A stretch of 64,000 nucleotides of DNA. Source: a virus. This document shows positions 36,101 through 46,000 of this stretch, piece after piece; position 1 is the first letter of the stretch, and each line of letters begins with the position of its first letter. A program made the translations under genes and the position numbers. The DNA is taken from the IMG/VR virus record IMGVR_UViG_3300005613_000008, positions 1 to 64,000 of that record. The stretch is one strand, 5' to 3'. A model generated the notes under the pieces. That model searched no databases. It saw nothing but the letters and a program-made list of their open reading frames with translations, and was not told where the DNA came from.

Positions 36101-39100
36101 CAAGCATTATTCAGGATGGAATTCCAAAGACCTTAGAGAGCGGTATTCCACCCATTGTATCAGAGCCCGGCTGTAACAACGGCTTATTTCCTTATGAGAC
36201 GGAACAACAAACTGCCGCAACAGCGCAGATCATGAACAAGAATCTAGAGCAGTTGATGATTGCCTTCTCTTACGATATGCTTGGTAATGGTCCCGGCGAA
36301 AGAAACTGGGGCTTGATGAACATGGTGCTTTCGGACACTCTCGGAAGACCATTTACTGCTCACTCTCGTAAGGTGTTCAATGATCCCGGCAGGCAGCAGT
36401 ATGTTGATTTTTATGTTTCTAGTAGCACGCCCCTCGACGGCGGCGGCGAAGCCGGCATCACCGATAACTATGCAAAATCAGAACGACAAAAAGGCGCATT
36501 CCCAGTCTACATCGCAGAGTGGATGACTCAGGAGAATAATGGTCAGATAGCAGACTCTATCGGCATAAATAATCAAATCCAGCCAGATAAAACAACAGTA
36601 AAAGACTTTGATGAACTAAATCTTGGTCTAAGAGTAACTCCTTTAGAACTACCAGACTATGGCTATAGAGTTCAGTTTGAAGTGGACTATGAGAACAAGC
36701 AAGTCAAGTTTGTTGAGAAGAAGAGAAAAGCGACACCCGATTTGTCAATTGACTTCAGTAGTAAGATAGAGGATGACGAGGGATACAAGTTCTCTATGTC
36801 TGCTTACTTTGCAGACTTAGGCAACAAAGGCAATTACCCAACTGATAACGTAAGACTCAAAATAACAGAGACTATCATTGAAGATGGCGACAAAGAGTTA
36901 CAGGAGGACTACCTTGAGTTCTTGGCTAGTGATTCTACGCTACAAGACTTTGAAGAAGGCTTCTTGAACCAGTTTACCAGATTTACCGAGACATTCCAGA
37001 ATCCAAACAACACGATCTCACCTCCGATTGTGCTAATGTCTGAGATGCTAAACATTACAGAAGAACAGGCAACATCCTTCTGGAACTCCACAACTACAAA
37101 ACTTTATAACCAAATGTTTGAAAATGTTATGAGCACTTCAAGCATGGCGTTTGATTATGGTGTTGAGTTTGACAATCTCACGCCAGCAAGTGCCGATTAT
37201 CTCTACCCAGATGGAACTGGAACCCTCTATGCAGAAAAAGAAATTGATGATGGTGAGGGCGGAACGAGAAAATTGAACAATAGAGATGCAGTCCTTGGTA
37301 TAAGCCGCGATCAATTCGATAACCCAGATAACCCAAGGGTAATTTATTTAGATCCAGCCACCTATGGCGGCTCCTATCTGAATCCTCCAATCCATGTTCG
37401 TCCGCTCAAGAGTGCAGGATGGATGGGACTTGTAGATTCTGTTTTCCCCGAATTGAGTCCTTGTAAGCCGCCAAGAACAAATGTTATAGACTTTGGGGAG
37501 ATAGAATCTGAAATGATGAAGTCTTATAATCAATTGGCAGAAGACGAAAGGCTCGCGGGTGATCCAGATTGTGTTACAGAAGTTCCTTACAATAGAATCT
37601 TGACAAGACAAGGCAAGGCAGGAATCCAATCTGTGATAGAAGCCGCTTGCAGAATTCATTCTGTTGAACACTTCATCAAGTCTCTCGCAACATTCTCTAA
37701 ATTCAAACCAGACTTCAAGAATAACTTCAGCGATCTCTACGCTTCATACATTGTGGAGCAAATGGAGAAAGGATTCAAGAACGCACAACAGAATGAGTTC
37801 TTTGAATTGTTCAATCCATTTAAAGATGAAGAATTCTGGTATGCTTTCTTAGAACAATCAGTGCAAACCTACGGTCGCTTGCTTGATGAGGGGGAAATCA
37901 TGGATCCTCCAGAAACAGTTATCAACGCCTTGATCCGCCTCAACAACATCCAAGAACGTTATGATTACCCAGATCGTAAAGATCTGCGAGAGTCCAAAAA
38001 GAATAACGAAGTTTCAATCTTCAAAACTCTCAAAAACTACAGAAATGAAGATGCTCTAGGTGTCGTCAAGGAAACAGAAGACATTGCCAAAATGGTTCTA
38101 AAAGAGTTTGTAAAGAAGCAACTCGGCAAAGTAGCAGATTCTTTCGAGGCTTCTCTAAAGGAAAACGGCTTCATTGATGATTCTTATGCCACTAACATAA
38201 ATTATTATTTGCTAAGTTCTGCAACTGGACTTACAGCAGGAAGTGAACTGAATCTATTGGGAGAGTTGACAGAGGATGTGTCTGATGATCTGCTTACAAG
38301 AGAAGTCAAATACACTAATGGTGATGAGATGTCTCTACAAGATGGGACACCCTATGTTGGCTACTATCATTTTAGAGACGATCAACCGATGACAGGCGAA
38401 GAGCACAATGATGAATCACAAGATCTCAATCTTTTTGCGAAGAACATCATAGTAACTGCTGGCGGACAAGGGATCGGAAGGGTATCCCAAACAATGCCTT
38501 CTGGTGATATCCCCTTTGGTCTGAGAGCTTATCTAAAAACCCCAACTGGACAAAGTAATCCTTACGACCTCGGAGCGATAACAAGTCAAGAAGGCAATGT
38601 CTCAGATGTCTACCCAGGAACACTCAGAAAGGTTGTAAACGATTCTGGTAGAGTTGTCGGACTAGAAGGTGAACTTGGTTTGCGTTATGGTCTTGAGTTC
38701 TACGCAAATGTCGGTGGAGAAATGGTTAGTGTCACAAGCGTTGAGATCGATGTTCTCGATCTTCCACTTGCAAAGTTGCCACCACTACAGCCAAGTAGCA
38801 AAGAAATGCTTTGCCTTATCAACAATTTGTTAGATGACGATCGCTACAAAGCATTCATGAAATATTGCCTACCAACAACTAAGATTCCATCTATCATTGC
38901 AATCTATAACGACATGGCTTTCTTACCTTCTATTGGTGAAAATGTTCTTGATGATGCAAAGAGGAACAGTGGCAATTCTAAGCCCGGTAGAAAAGCTTCA
39001 GTAAATGATGATGGCGATGCTATAATTTATTCCCCAAATGATCCAGGCGAACAAGGTTGGTTCCCGAAGAAAGAGCGAAGAACCTTCACTCCATTTGTTT

Positions 39101-39363
39101 TGACATGGGACGAATGGGATCACGTCACGATGCGTAGAACTAATTCTCAACTCAAGAGAATGTTTAAAGAATACTACAACTCAAGAGATTTCGGAGATCA
39201 AGAAGAGGACGATAGTGGAATCGTTGGAACAAATCTTAAGGTTCTAAAAGAAAGGTTCTCGTTTGCACCCGGCAAGAGAATTCTTCCTTGGTGGAAGCGC
39301 CGCCGCCTACGCAGTAACCCGTTTAATGCAAAGGGAGAGCTTTGTAAAAATAAGGACGAATAA
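33133..39363 (+). CDS. very large (2076 aa) virion/baseplate-associated protein
   Basis: Uninterrupted ORF between gp5-like and gp25-like genes; SD AGGAAAGG. Confidence 0.7.
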   Translation: MAQSEFLKHQDKNGDFLIDKCEVELPGSEEKVCLDCIPNPKAVLTDWKNLEIDSPRLNERTCRYEVAVTTRFKTTGGENASDEEEAKNALDERFLDYREEAIAALLDAYKKKEDALSLFTMQENIQFTNWDLEARPNSRLKLLYSVPFDILNSLEDEDEQNESDESDGPLTISFLASELAFMNVRVRKGLNLYSRYDKVNKIMSKEYFAYVDNLKPFDVGIYGDNGFSRTSLMARVLIELDQFLVNRGYNLPGVGRGVLKDRVVKIQFNFTQERKLKKLTIFTVGCREKPIIFSGRKLSALNRKESFKDKTAMGYLSRLRDMDRALTAREPEHFIEFLKNNTYPQIDLFNSIQTLEENSDEQDVLSCVGEALLSEGKELGQDILDEVLNIADVLAYQFHKNICKRSEEERRKEAVAMGESFDPDLPAKDYLPFGQGNPLAIMATNQAFRQIEASDNVFVRLCGEFLTDKITGGSLEIRDLYDISFNKMKICGLLDLMTEGLQCLFKGLTLEEALAQAISAALKAMSIENFGVLFVGLPPEKQSELDDLVKRKLESGNLFSEQSNAEILSDATSAQPDDRGPSAPVFGEINFVKPWEDQDYIDRERESMIPGPYEAMSPSSKLVQPPGGSVIRRSLGKDYDNPNQFAEQQTPFADAIRAVQTESKQKFSPDNLMEAYFAALIEVYSDNLLELLDIMNRFPGAEIISKVIALFDCPRPPLFTPSVMDFLKDIELPFCRNVNDITLPRLNNPLDFINLDLFKLLIDAAKIAIQNAIVSILVKLIVKVCEIIGSAICKAIETAGSLAAGLPGLLTGRNTIKDILRESICGPQADEKALDDSIVDMYKLLGGVAPEIANREKVLAFNEAMASSVTRRELIEASMGEPSESFLTLVDNLVEFEFPEFRESFSNKSAIGNFFRNFGNLLPADFRDQAQQFVDGLEEDDQLPANPSLCASPEQIEEFCSLRSQILEGRASAEQIAQLCRPGEEFADIASIIQDGIPKTLESGIPPIVSEPGCNNGLFPYETEQQTAATAQIMNKNLEQLMIAFSYDMLGNGPGERNWGLMNMVLSDTLGRPFTAHSRKVFNDPGRQQYVDFYVSSSTPLDGGGEAGITDNYAKSERQKGAFPVYIAEWMTQENNGQIADSIGINNQIQPDKTTVKDFDELNLGLRVTPLELPDYGYRVQFEVDYENKQVKFVEKKRKATPDLSIDFSSKIEDDEGYKFSMSAYFADLGNKGNYPTDNVRLKITETIIEDGDKELQEDYLEFLASDSTLQDFEEGFLNQFTRFTETFQNPNNTISPPIVLMSEMLNITEEQATSFWNSTTTKLYNQMFENVMSTSSMAFDYGVEFDNLTPASADYLYPDGTGTLYAEKEIDDGEGGTRKLNNRDAVLGISRDQFDNPDNPRVIYLDPATYGGSYLNPPIHVRPLKSAGWMGLVDSVFPELSPCKPPRTNVIDFGEIESEMMKSYNQLAEDERLAGDPDCVTEVPYNRILTRQGKAGIQSVIEAACRIHSVEHFIKSLATFSKFKPDFKNNFSDLYASYIVEQMEKGFKNAQQNEFFELFNPFKDEEFWYAFLEQSVQTYGRLLDEGEIMDPPETVINALIRLNNIQERYDYPDRKDLRESKKNNEVSIFKTLKNYRNEDALGVVKETEDIAKMVLKEFVKKQLGKVADSFEASLKENGFIDDSYATNINYYLLSSATGLTAGSELNLLGELTEDVSDDLLTREVKYTNGDEMSLQDGTPYVGYYHFRDDQPMTGEEHNDESQDLNLFAKNIIVTAGGQGIGRVSQTMPSGDIPFGLRAYLKTPTGQSNPYDLGAITSQEGNVSDVYPGTLRKVVNDSGRVVGLEGELGLRYGLEFYANVGGEMVSVTSVEIDVLDLPLAKLPPLQPSSKEMLCLINNLLDDDRYKAFMKYCLPTTKIPSIIAIYNDMAFLPSIGENVLDDAKRNSGNSKPGRKASVNDDGDAIIYSPNDPGEQGWFPKKERRTFTPFVLTWDEWDHVTMRRTNSQLKRMFKEYYNSRDFGDQEEDDSGIVGTNLKVLKERFSFAPGKRILPWWKRRRLRSNPFNAKGELCKNKDE

Positions 39364-39394
39364 CTAAGTAGTAGTAAGATTTGGAGGGCTATGG

Positions 39395-39763
39395 ATGGCT
39401 TCTTACGCGGTTAAACTACCATTGGCACAAGACTCAGCCGATGGTTATGCGATGATAAAGAGATTAAAGACTCTTGTAAAACAGAATCTCAAGATGCTTA
39501 TTCTCACCAACCCCGGTGAAAGAGTTATGGAGCCAAATTATGGAGTTGGCATAAGGCAATTCTTGTTTGAAAACTTTGATTCAAGTATCTATGCGAGAAT
39601 AGACAACAAAATAAGAGATCAAGTTGCTCAATATATGCCTGCTATTCAGATTCAAAAATTGCAGTTTGCTGGCTCTAATCCAGACACAAATACTCTAGCC
39701 CTTTACTTGGAGTATTCAATCCCACAAATCGCCACAAGTGATTTGCTTGAAATCACTATTTAG
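39395..39763 (+). CDS. gp25: baseplate wedge protein gp25/GPW
   Basis: VKQNLKMLILTNPGERVMEPNYGVGIRQFLFE motif. Confidence 0.92.
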   Translation: MASYAVKLPLAQDSADGYAMIKRLKTLVKQNLKMLILTNPGERVMEPNYGVGIRQFLFENFDSSIYARIDNKIRDQVAQYMPAIQIQKLQFAGSNPDTNTLALYLEYSIPQIATSDLLEITI

Positions 39764-39777
39764 TGTGAGGAAAATCA

Positions 39778-41568
39778 ATGTCAAATAAAAAGAAAGTAGC
39801 TATCAACTACACCAATCGTGATTACGAATCTATCAGGAATGATCTCACGCAAATAGCAGAGCGATTCTATCCTGAAACCTTTCAAGACTTCAGCGAAGGC
39901 TCATTTGGAGCAATGATGCTTGATGCGGTTGCGTATGTTGGCGACCAGCTTTCTTTTTATCTCGACTATAACGTCAATGAGACATTTCTGGACACAGCCT
40001 ATCAATATGGCAATGTTGTGCGTCAGGGTCGTATTCTCGGCTATAAGAACACGGGTCGTCCTTCAACTTATGGCAAGGTCGCTCTTTACGTTCAGGTACC
40101 TGCTTCAGCAACAGGTCTCGGACCAGACACTCGCTACATTCCGGTTCTAAAAAGAGGAACTCGTTTTACATCACAGAGCGGGTTGAATTTCGTTCTTACA
40201 GAAAATGTTGATTTTTCAGATCCTGCAAACCCAATCGTTGTTGCTAGAACAGACACTACGACTGGTGCCCCAAGTTATTATGCCATTAAAGCTTATGGTG
40301 ATGTTGTATCTGGTTTCTTTGGTGTAGAGCGCGTAACTGTTGGAGATTTTGAAAGATTTAAGAGAATCAAACTGACAAGCCCTAATGTGTCCGAGATCGT
40401 TAGTGTAACAGATTCTGATGGCAACGAATACTACGAAGTGGATTATCTCGCCCAAGACATTGTTTACAAAGAATTGACAAACAAGAACTACAAGTCAGAT
40501 AATGTTCCTTCTATTCTCAAACCATTGTTGGTTAGTAGGAAGTTTCAAGTAGTTCACGAACCAGAAGGTGTCTACCTACAATTTGGATCTGGTGAGGATG
40601 GGGCAAATGATGTTGTGGCAGAGCCACAGAATGTCGCAATGAATATTTTTGGCAAAAGTTATGTAACAGATGAAGCTTTTGATCCGAGCAGGCTCACAAA
40701 CAACAGAAGCTTTGGTATTGTTCCTGCAAATACAACTTTAACTATTGCTTATCGCCAAACCAACCCAACAAACTCAAATGTTGCTGCTGGTGGGCTAAAC
40801 CAAGTCGCAGGTGTTCTTGTTGACTTTGAAGACTTGTCGGTGTTGGCGGCAAACCAAGTTTCATTTATTCGCAATTCTTTTGAAGTCTCAAACGAAGAGC
40901 CAATCGTTGGTAATGTATCAAATCCCACAACTGCCGAGATCAAACAAAGAATTTATGACACATTCCCTACCCAGAACCGTGCAGTTACACAGAAAGACTA
41001 CGAGAGTCTTGTCTACAGAATGCCGCGCAAGTTTGGCTCAGTCAAGCGCTGTTCCGTTCAGAAAGACCCAGATTCCCAGAAAAGAAACCTAAATGTCTAC
41101 GTTATTTCTGAAAACACTCTTGGCAAACTAGTGCCTTCTAATGACACACTAAAGAAGAACCTCAAAGTGTGGTTAAACAACTATAGAATGATTAACGACA
41201 CCATAGACATTCTCGATCCTTTCATCATCAACTTTGGCATTAACTTCGTAGTCAAACCGGACAACTCGGCAAACAAGTTTGATGTTCTTGACCGTTGTGT
41301 CGAGAGACTAGCAAATAAATACTCAAGCCCAATGTTCATTGGTGAAAGACTATCCATCTCCGAAATCTTCTCAGAGTTGAACAAGGTAAAAGGCGTCAAT
41401 GATGTAGTAAAGGTACAGATCGTAAACAAGAACTCTGCCGACTACTCAAGTGTTGTGTTCCCAATTCAGGAGAACCTATCCCCCGACAGTGATTATCTAC
41501 TAACTCCTCAAAACGCAATTCTAGAATTAAAGTTCCCACAAACAGATATTAAAGGTAAGTTGAGATAA
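39778..41568 (+). CDS. gp6: baseplate wedge protein (T4 gp6/baseplate J-like)
   Basis: INYTNRDYESIR, DFSEGSFG, DQLSFYLD and QNRAVTQKDY motifs. Confidence 0.88.
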   Translation: MSNKKKVAINYTNRDYESIRNDLTQIAERFYPETFQDFSEGSFGAMMLDAVAYVGDQLSFYLDYNVNETFLDTAYQYGNVVRQGRILGYKNTGRPSTYGKVALYVQVPASATGLGPDTRYIPVLKRGTRFTSQSGLNFVLTENVDFSDPANPIVVARTDTTTGAPSYYAIKAYGDVVSGFFGVERVTVGDFERFKRIKLTSPNVSEIVSVTDSDGNEYYEVDYLAQDIVYKELTNKNYKSDNVPSILKPLLVSRKFQVVHEPEGVYLQFGSGEDGANDVVAEPQNVAMNIFGKSYVTDEAFDPSRLTNNRSFGIVPANTTLTIAYRQTNPTNSNVAAGGLNQVAGVLVDFEDLSVLAANQVSFIRNSFEVSNEEPIVGNVSNPTTAEIKQRIYDTFPTQNRAVTQKDYESLVYRMPRKFGSVKRCSVQKDPDSQKRNLNVYVISENTLGKLVPSNDTLKKNLKVWLNNYRMINDTIDILDPFIINFGINFVVKPDNSANKFDVLDRCVERLANKYSSPMFIGERLSISEIFSELNKVKGVNDVVKVQIVNKNSADYSSVVFPIQENLSPDSDYLLTPQNAILELKFPQTDIKGKLR

Positions 41569-43010
41569 TGGCAATCAAACGTTATAAGGCAGATGCCGAC
41601 AACACAATCGTAAATGCTTATGCACCAAATCTAAGATCTAGAGCATCTGGCTCCAACATGGGTCAGGCTGATGTAAGCGAAGTATATTCTATCTGGGGTC
41701 GCCAATCAACTTCCTCTGCGGAACTCTCCAGAGTTCTAACCAAATTTGATGTAGATTCAATCTCTTCAGATAGAACAGCAGGCACAATCCCAGCACAGGG
41801 AAGTGTTAGCTTTTATCTACGTTTATTCAACGCAGAAACGTCCAAGACCGTTCCAAAAAACTTTACCATAGTCGCACAAGCGATCTCAAAATCATGGGCA
41901 GAGGGCGATGGTCTAGACCTCGAAAACTACAAAGATTTGGGTAAGTCTAACTGGGTTTCTGCTTCTTCTACAACTGCTTGGGATACCGCTGGTGGTGATT
42001 ACCATGCTCTACCTGTCTTCTCACAATCATTTGCCACAGGACTTGAAGACCTTGAGATAGACATTACTGATCTTGTGGAAGAGTGGCTTGACGGAACAAA
42101 AGCCAACTACGGCGTTGGTGTTCGTTTGACTTCTTCTCAGGAAGCAAGTTCGTCTGCAAATCCTGACGGAGCAGAGACCTCCTATTACACCAAGCGCTTC
42201 TTTGCGAGAGGTACGCAATACTTTTTCAAAAAGCCTGTGATTGAGGCACGCTGGAACTCTTCCAACGGAGACGACAGGGGGCAGTTCTTTATGTCTTCTT
42301 CTCTCGCACCAGCAGCAGATAACCTTAATACGCTTTATCTCTACAACTACGTTCGTGGTCAGTTAACCAACATTCCGGCAGTTGGAACTGGTGAAATCTA
42401 TGTCGATCTTTACGAAACTCTCGGTGGAGACGCATTGACACAAGCAGTAGAGACACCAGCAACTGGCGGCTGGGTCTCAACAGGTATTTACTCTTGCTCG
42501 GTTTGTTTGACTGGAACCTACACAAGTCTGCGCGATGTGTGGCACACTGGTGGCGTAGAATACTTTACCGGTTCTATCTCGCCACAAACATTCGGTGCTT
42601 CTGGGCTCTCAACCGGAAACAACCGTTACATCACAAAGATCAAAAATCTAAGAAATAAATACTTCTCTGAAGAGGAAGCACGCTTCAATGTTTATGTCCG
42701 AAGCAAAAACTGGTCCCCAACTATTTATACAGTAGCGTCAAGTGAGATAGAAAATACTATTATTCCTAGCGCATCATACAGGGTTTATAGAGTTATCGAT
42801 GGTTATAATGCTATTCCACACGGCACAGGATCGGATCTTCAAACACTACTCTCCTACGATGTTTCAGGAAATTACTTTAACCTTGACATGTCCTTACTTG
42901 AGCCCGGCTACGAGTATGGTATCAAGCTTGCGTTCTACGATTCACAGCGACAGACTTGGATCGAACAAGACCAGAAATTCCTATTCAGAGTAGAAGATTA
43001 TGAGTATTAA
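41568..43010 (+). CDS. baseplate/tail structural protein (DNRLRE-like beta domain)
   Basis: ADADNTI start, WDTAGGDY, LEIDITDLVEEW and context. Confidence 0.65.
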   Translation: MAIKRYKADADNTIVNAYAPNLRSRASGSNMGQADVSEVYSIWGRQSTSSAELSRVLTKFDVDSISSDRTAGTIPAQGSVSFYLRLFNAETSKTVPKNFTIVAQAISKSWAEGDGLDLENYKDLGKSNWVSASSTTAWDTAGGDYHALPVFSQSFATGLEDLEIDITDLVEEWLDGTKANYGVGVRLTSSQEASSSANPDGAETSYYTKRFFARGTQYFFKKPVIEARWNSSNGDDRGQFFMSSSLAPAADNLNTLYLYNYVRGQLTNIPAVGTGEIYVDLYETLGGDALTQAVETPATGGWVSTGIYSCSVCLTGTYTSLRDVWHTGGVEYFTGSISPQTFGASGLSTGNNRYITKIKNLRNKYFSEEEARFNVYVRSKNWSPTIYTVASSEIENTIIPSASYRVYRVIDGYNAIPHGTGSDLQTLLSYDVSGNYFNLDMSLLEPGYEYGIKLAFYDSQRQTWIEQDQKFLFRVEDYEY

Positions 43011-46000
43011 AGACCTATTTGGTAAGTCTACAAATTACGTTTCAGAAACAGATCAGAAAGACGCATTCTCTGATGCTGAGTCATCTAAAAATGTCCAGCA
43101 GATCACAGAGAAGCAGAATTCATTTGAACCACAGATAGATTATACTGATCCGCAAACATTTGCAAAATATGGTTCCGCTGAGCAATACTACAAGTCTGCG
43201 ATTGATCGCATTCTTGATTTTTATCCTTATGACGGCTCTGACGCAGAATACAACAGTTTCTACAACAAGTCGCTTGACATTGAGAAGTACATCTTCAATA
43301 ATCTCTATCCTCGCACCAATGGTTATGTGGATTTTGCAGGGTCATCCTACATTAGCCTAAAGGGCGGACCACACACAATCGCCGCCTCCAACACCAAGGG
43401 GCTCTTCAAAGATCCACAGTCTTCACAGCGAGAAACAGCAAACATCTATGACGAAGACATTTACACAACCGAAGGTCTCCCGTCAGATTACGGACAAGGC
43501 ACAAGAGAGTCAAATCTTCTTTGTGACTTTGAAAGAGGCGTAACAGTAGAGTTCTGGCTAAGTTCATCTGCTATTTCTTCTGCTGACCAGCAGGCTATCT
43601 TCCACATTACAGGCTCAGGGCAGAATGACGAACTAACCATTTTCTTATCTGGAACAACTGGCTCTCCATTCCACGTTCGTTTGAAAGAAAATGGAGTAAC
43701 TATCCTTAATGATGAGCAGGTTGGAACAACTCCAACAACTTCATCTATTCTCGGATGGAACCACTACGCTCTTACATTCAAGAGCGCAAGTTTAGGCATC
43801 GCATCTATGCTTTACGTCAATGGTGTCCTTGACGCGCAAACAACTCTCGGCTCAACGGGTGCTGGCACATTTGAGCAGTCTGGCTCGCTTGGCTATGTCG
43901 CTTCTGGTTCTGCAACCGAAACCCTACTCAATGGTGCAATGGACGAGTTCCGCTTCTGGAAGGTCGAGAGAACAGCACAAGAAATCGGTAGAAACTGGTT
44001 TGGTCAAGTCAGAGGCGGTTCTAACACCGACATTTCTAACACCACACTTGGTGTCTACTACAAATTTAACGAAGGCATAACAGGCATTACAGCCCAAGAT
44101 AGCGTAGTTCTAGACTACTCTGGTCGTGTTTCAAACGGAACATTCACCGGCTACACCTTAACAACTCGTAACACTGGCTCTGCTATTGTTCTTGCTGGCG
44201 CTGCTGCAAGCGAGTACCTTGATCCAATCATCTATGCTAATCATCCTGATGTTTCATCTCTGAGAACAAGTCTTATTGAGACAGGCTCCATCTACGATTC
44301 TAACAACAATGCCTCAATCGGCAGCATGATGCCAAGCTGGGTTATCGAAGAACACGAAGAGACCCAAAACGACAACTTTACCTACTTGATGCACATTGTA
44401 GGCGCTTATTTCGACAAGATCCGCCTTCAAATTGCTGCTTTGCCTGACTTCAAAACCCCTGTTTACACCAGTTCTTCCTTCAAGGCATTGCCATTTGCAG
44501 AGCATTTGCCTGCTTCTTTGGGTCTAGAAACTCCACAATTGTTCGTTGATGCGGACGTTTTAGAGCGTTTTCTCAACAGAAACGAAACTCAGAACTACGA
44601 ATTTGACCTAAATGACACCAAGAACCTCATTTATCTCAACCTTTACAACAACTTAACTTACCTTTTCAAGTCAAAGGGCACCCACAAGGCTGTAAGAAAC
44701 GTTCTTCGTGCCTTCAACATTGACGATAAACTTGTAAGATTCAACACCTATGCTAACAACTTTGTCTATGATCTCGAAAATAATCTTCGACAGACAACCG
44801 TTTATGATGCTGTTGTAAACTTCAATCATGCCGACAATCTCGGCGCTGTTGTCTATTCCACAGCGTCAGCCGACAGCACACAACTTGGTTACATTTCGTC
44901 TTCAAATGATGACAAATACGAAGACCGCTACGGCTTCACGCTTGAAACAGACGTAACATTCCCCAAATTCATTCGCTCTATTGACACGTTTGATCGAAAC
45001 TTCATCACAGCGTCTCTATTCGGCATCCACTCTGCGAGCGCAGACAGCGCCGCCACTGAGATCTTTGACCCGAGCATCTATGTCTTTGCAGAAAGAGAAG
45101 AAGCCTACAGCAAGAACATTCGTTTCCGCTTGAGTTCTTCACTACTTTCAACAACTCTCACAAGCAGTAACTTCTTGGGTGTCTACAACGACCAGCCTTG
45201 GAGTCTTTCTGTCCGTCTACGTCCCGATTCATTCGGGCTAACTGGCTCTGTTGAGGGTGTTACAACCTCTAACTACATCCTTGAGTTCACTGGTTACAAC
45301 CAACTTCTAGGCGAGATCAGAGAATCATTCACAGTAACCGGTTCTGTTGCAAATGCAGATGCACAGAACCTTCTTAGATCACCAAAGAGACTTTATGTTG
45401 GTGCTCAGAGAACAGATGTTACTGGCTCTCTAATAAACAAGTCAGACGTTCTTGTCTCGGCAGTTCGTTACTGGTCAAAGAATCTTGACAACGAGACACT
45501 TAAACAGCACGCCTACGATTTTGAGAACTACGGAATCAAAGACTCAAACAAACACTTATCTCCGCTTGACGCCGACAACGCCAAAACTCTTAACTCTCAC
45601 ACTCTTGTTCTGAGTTACGACTTCTCTGGCATTACAACTTCTGATGGTTCTGGTGAGTTCGTTGTAAACGACATAAGTTCTGGTTCCATTGAGAACAGAA
45701 CAAAATTTGGAAAGCTTGGAGAGATCTCAAGTTATCTCTATCCCGCAAAGGGTGTAGGATTCGGAGTATCTTCGACTAAGGCTGTAATCAAGAAAGAATT
45801 CAACGTTCATCAATTTATTAATCCAGAATTGGCTATTGGGGAAAATCTTGTTCAGATCAAGACAGAAGACGATAAGCTATTCGATACACTCGACACAATC
45901 CCAAACTACCACTATCTTCTAGAAAAGAGCATGTATGGTGCTATCTCTGAGGAAATGCTCAACTTCTTTGCAGGCGTTGTTGATTTCCAAAATCTAATTG

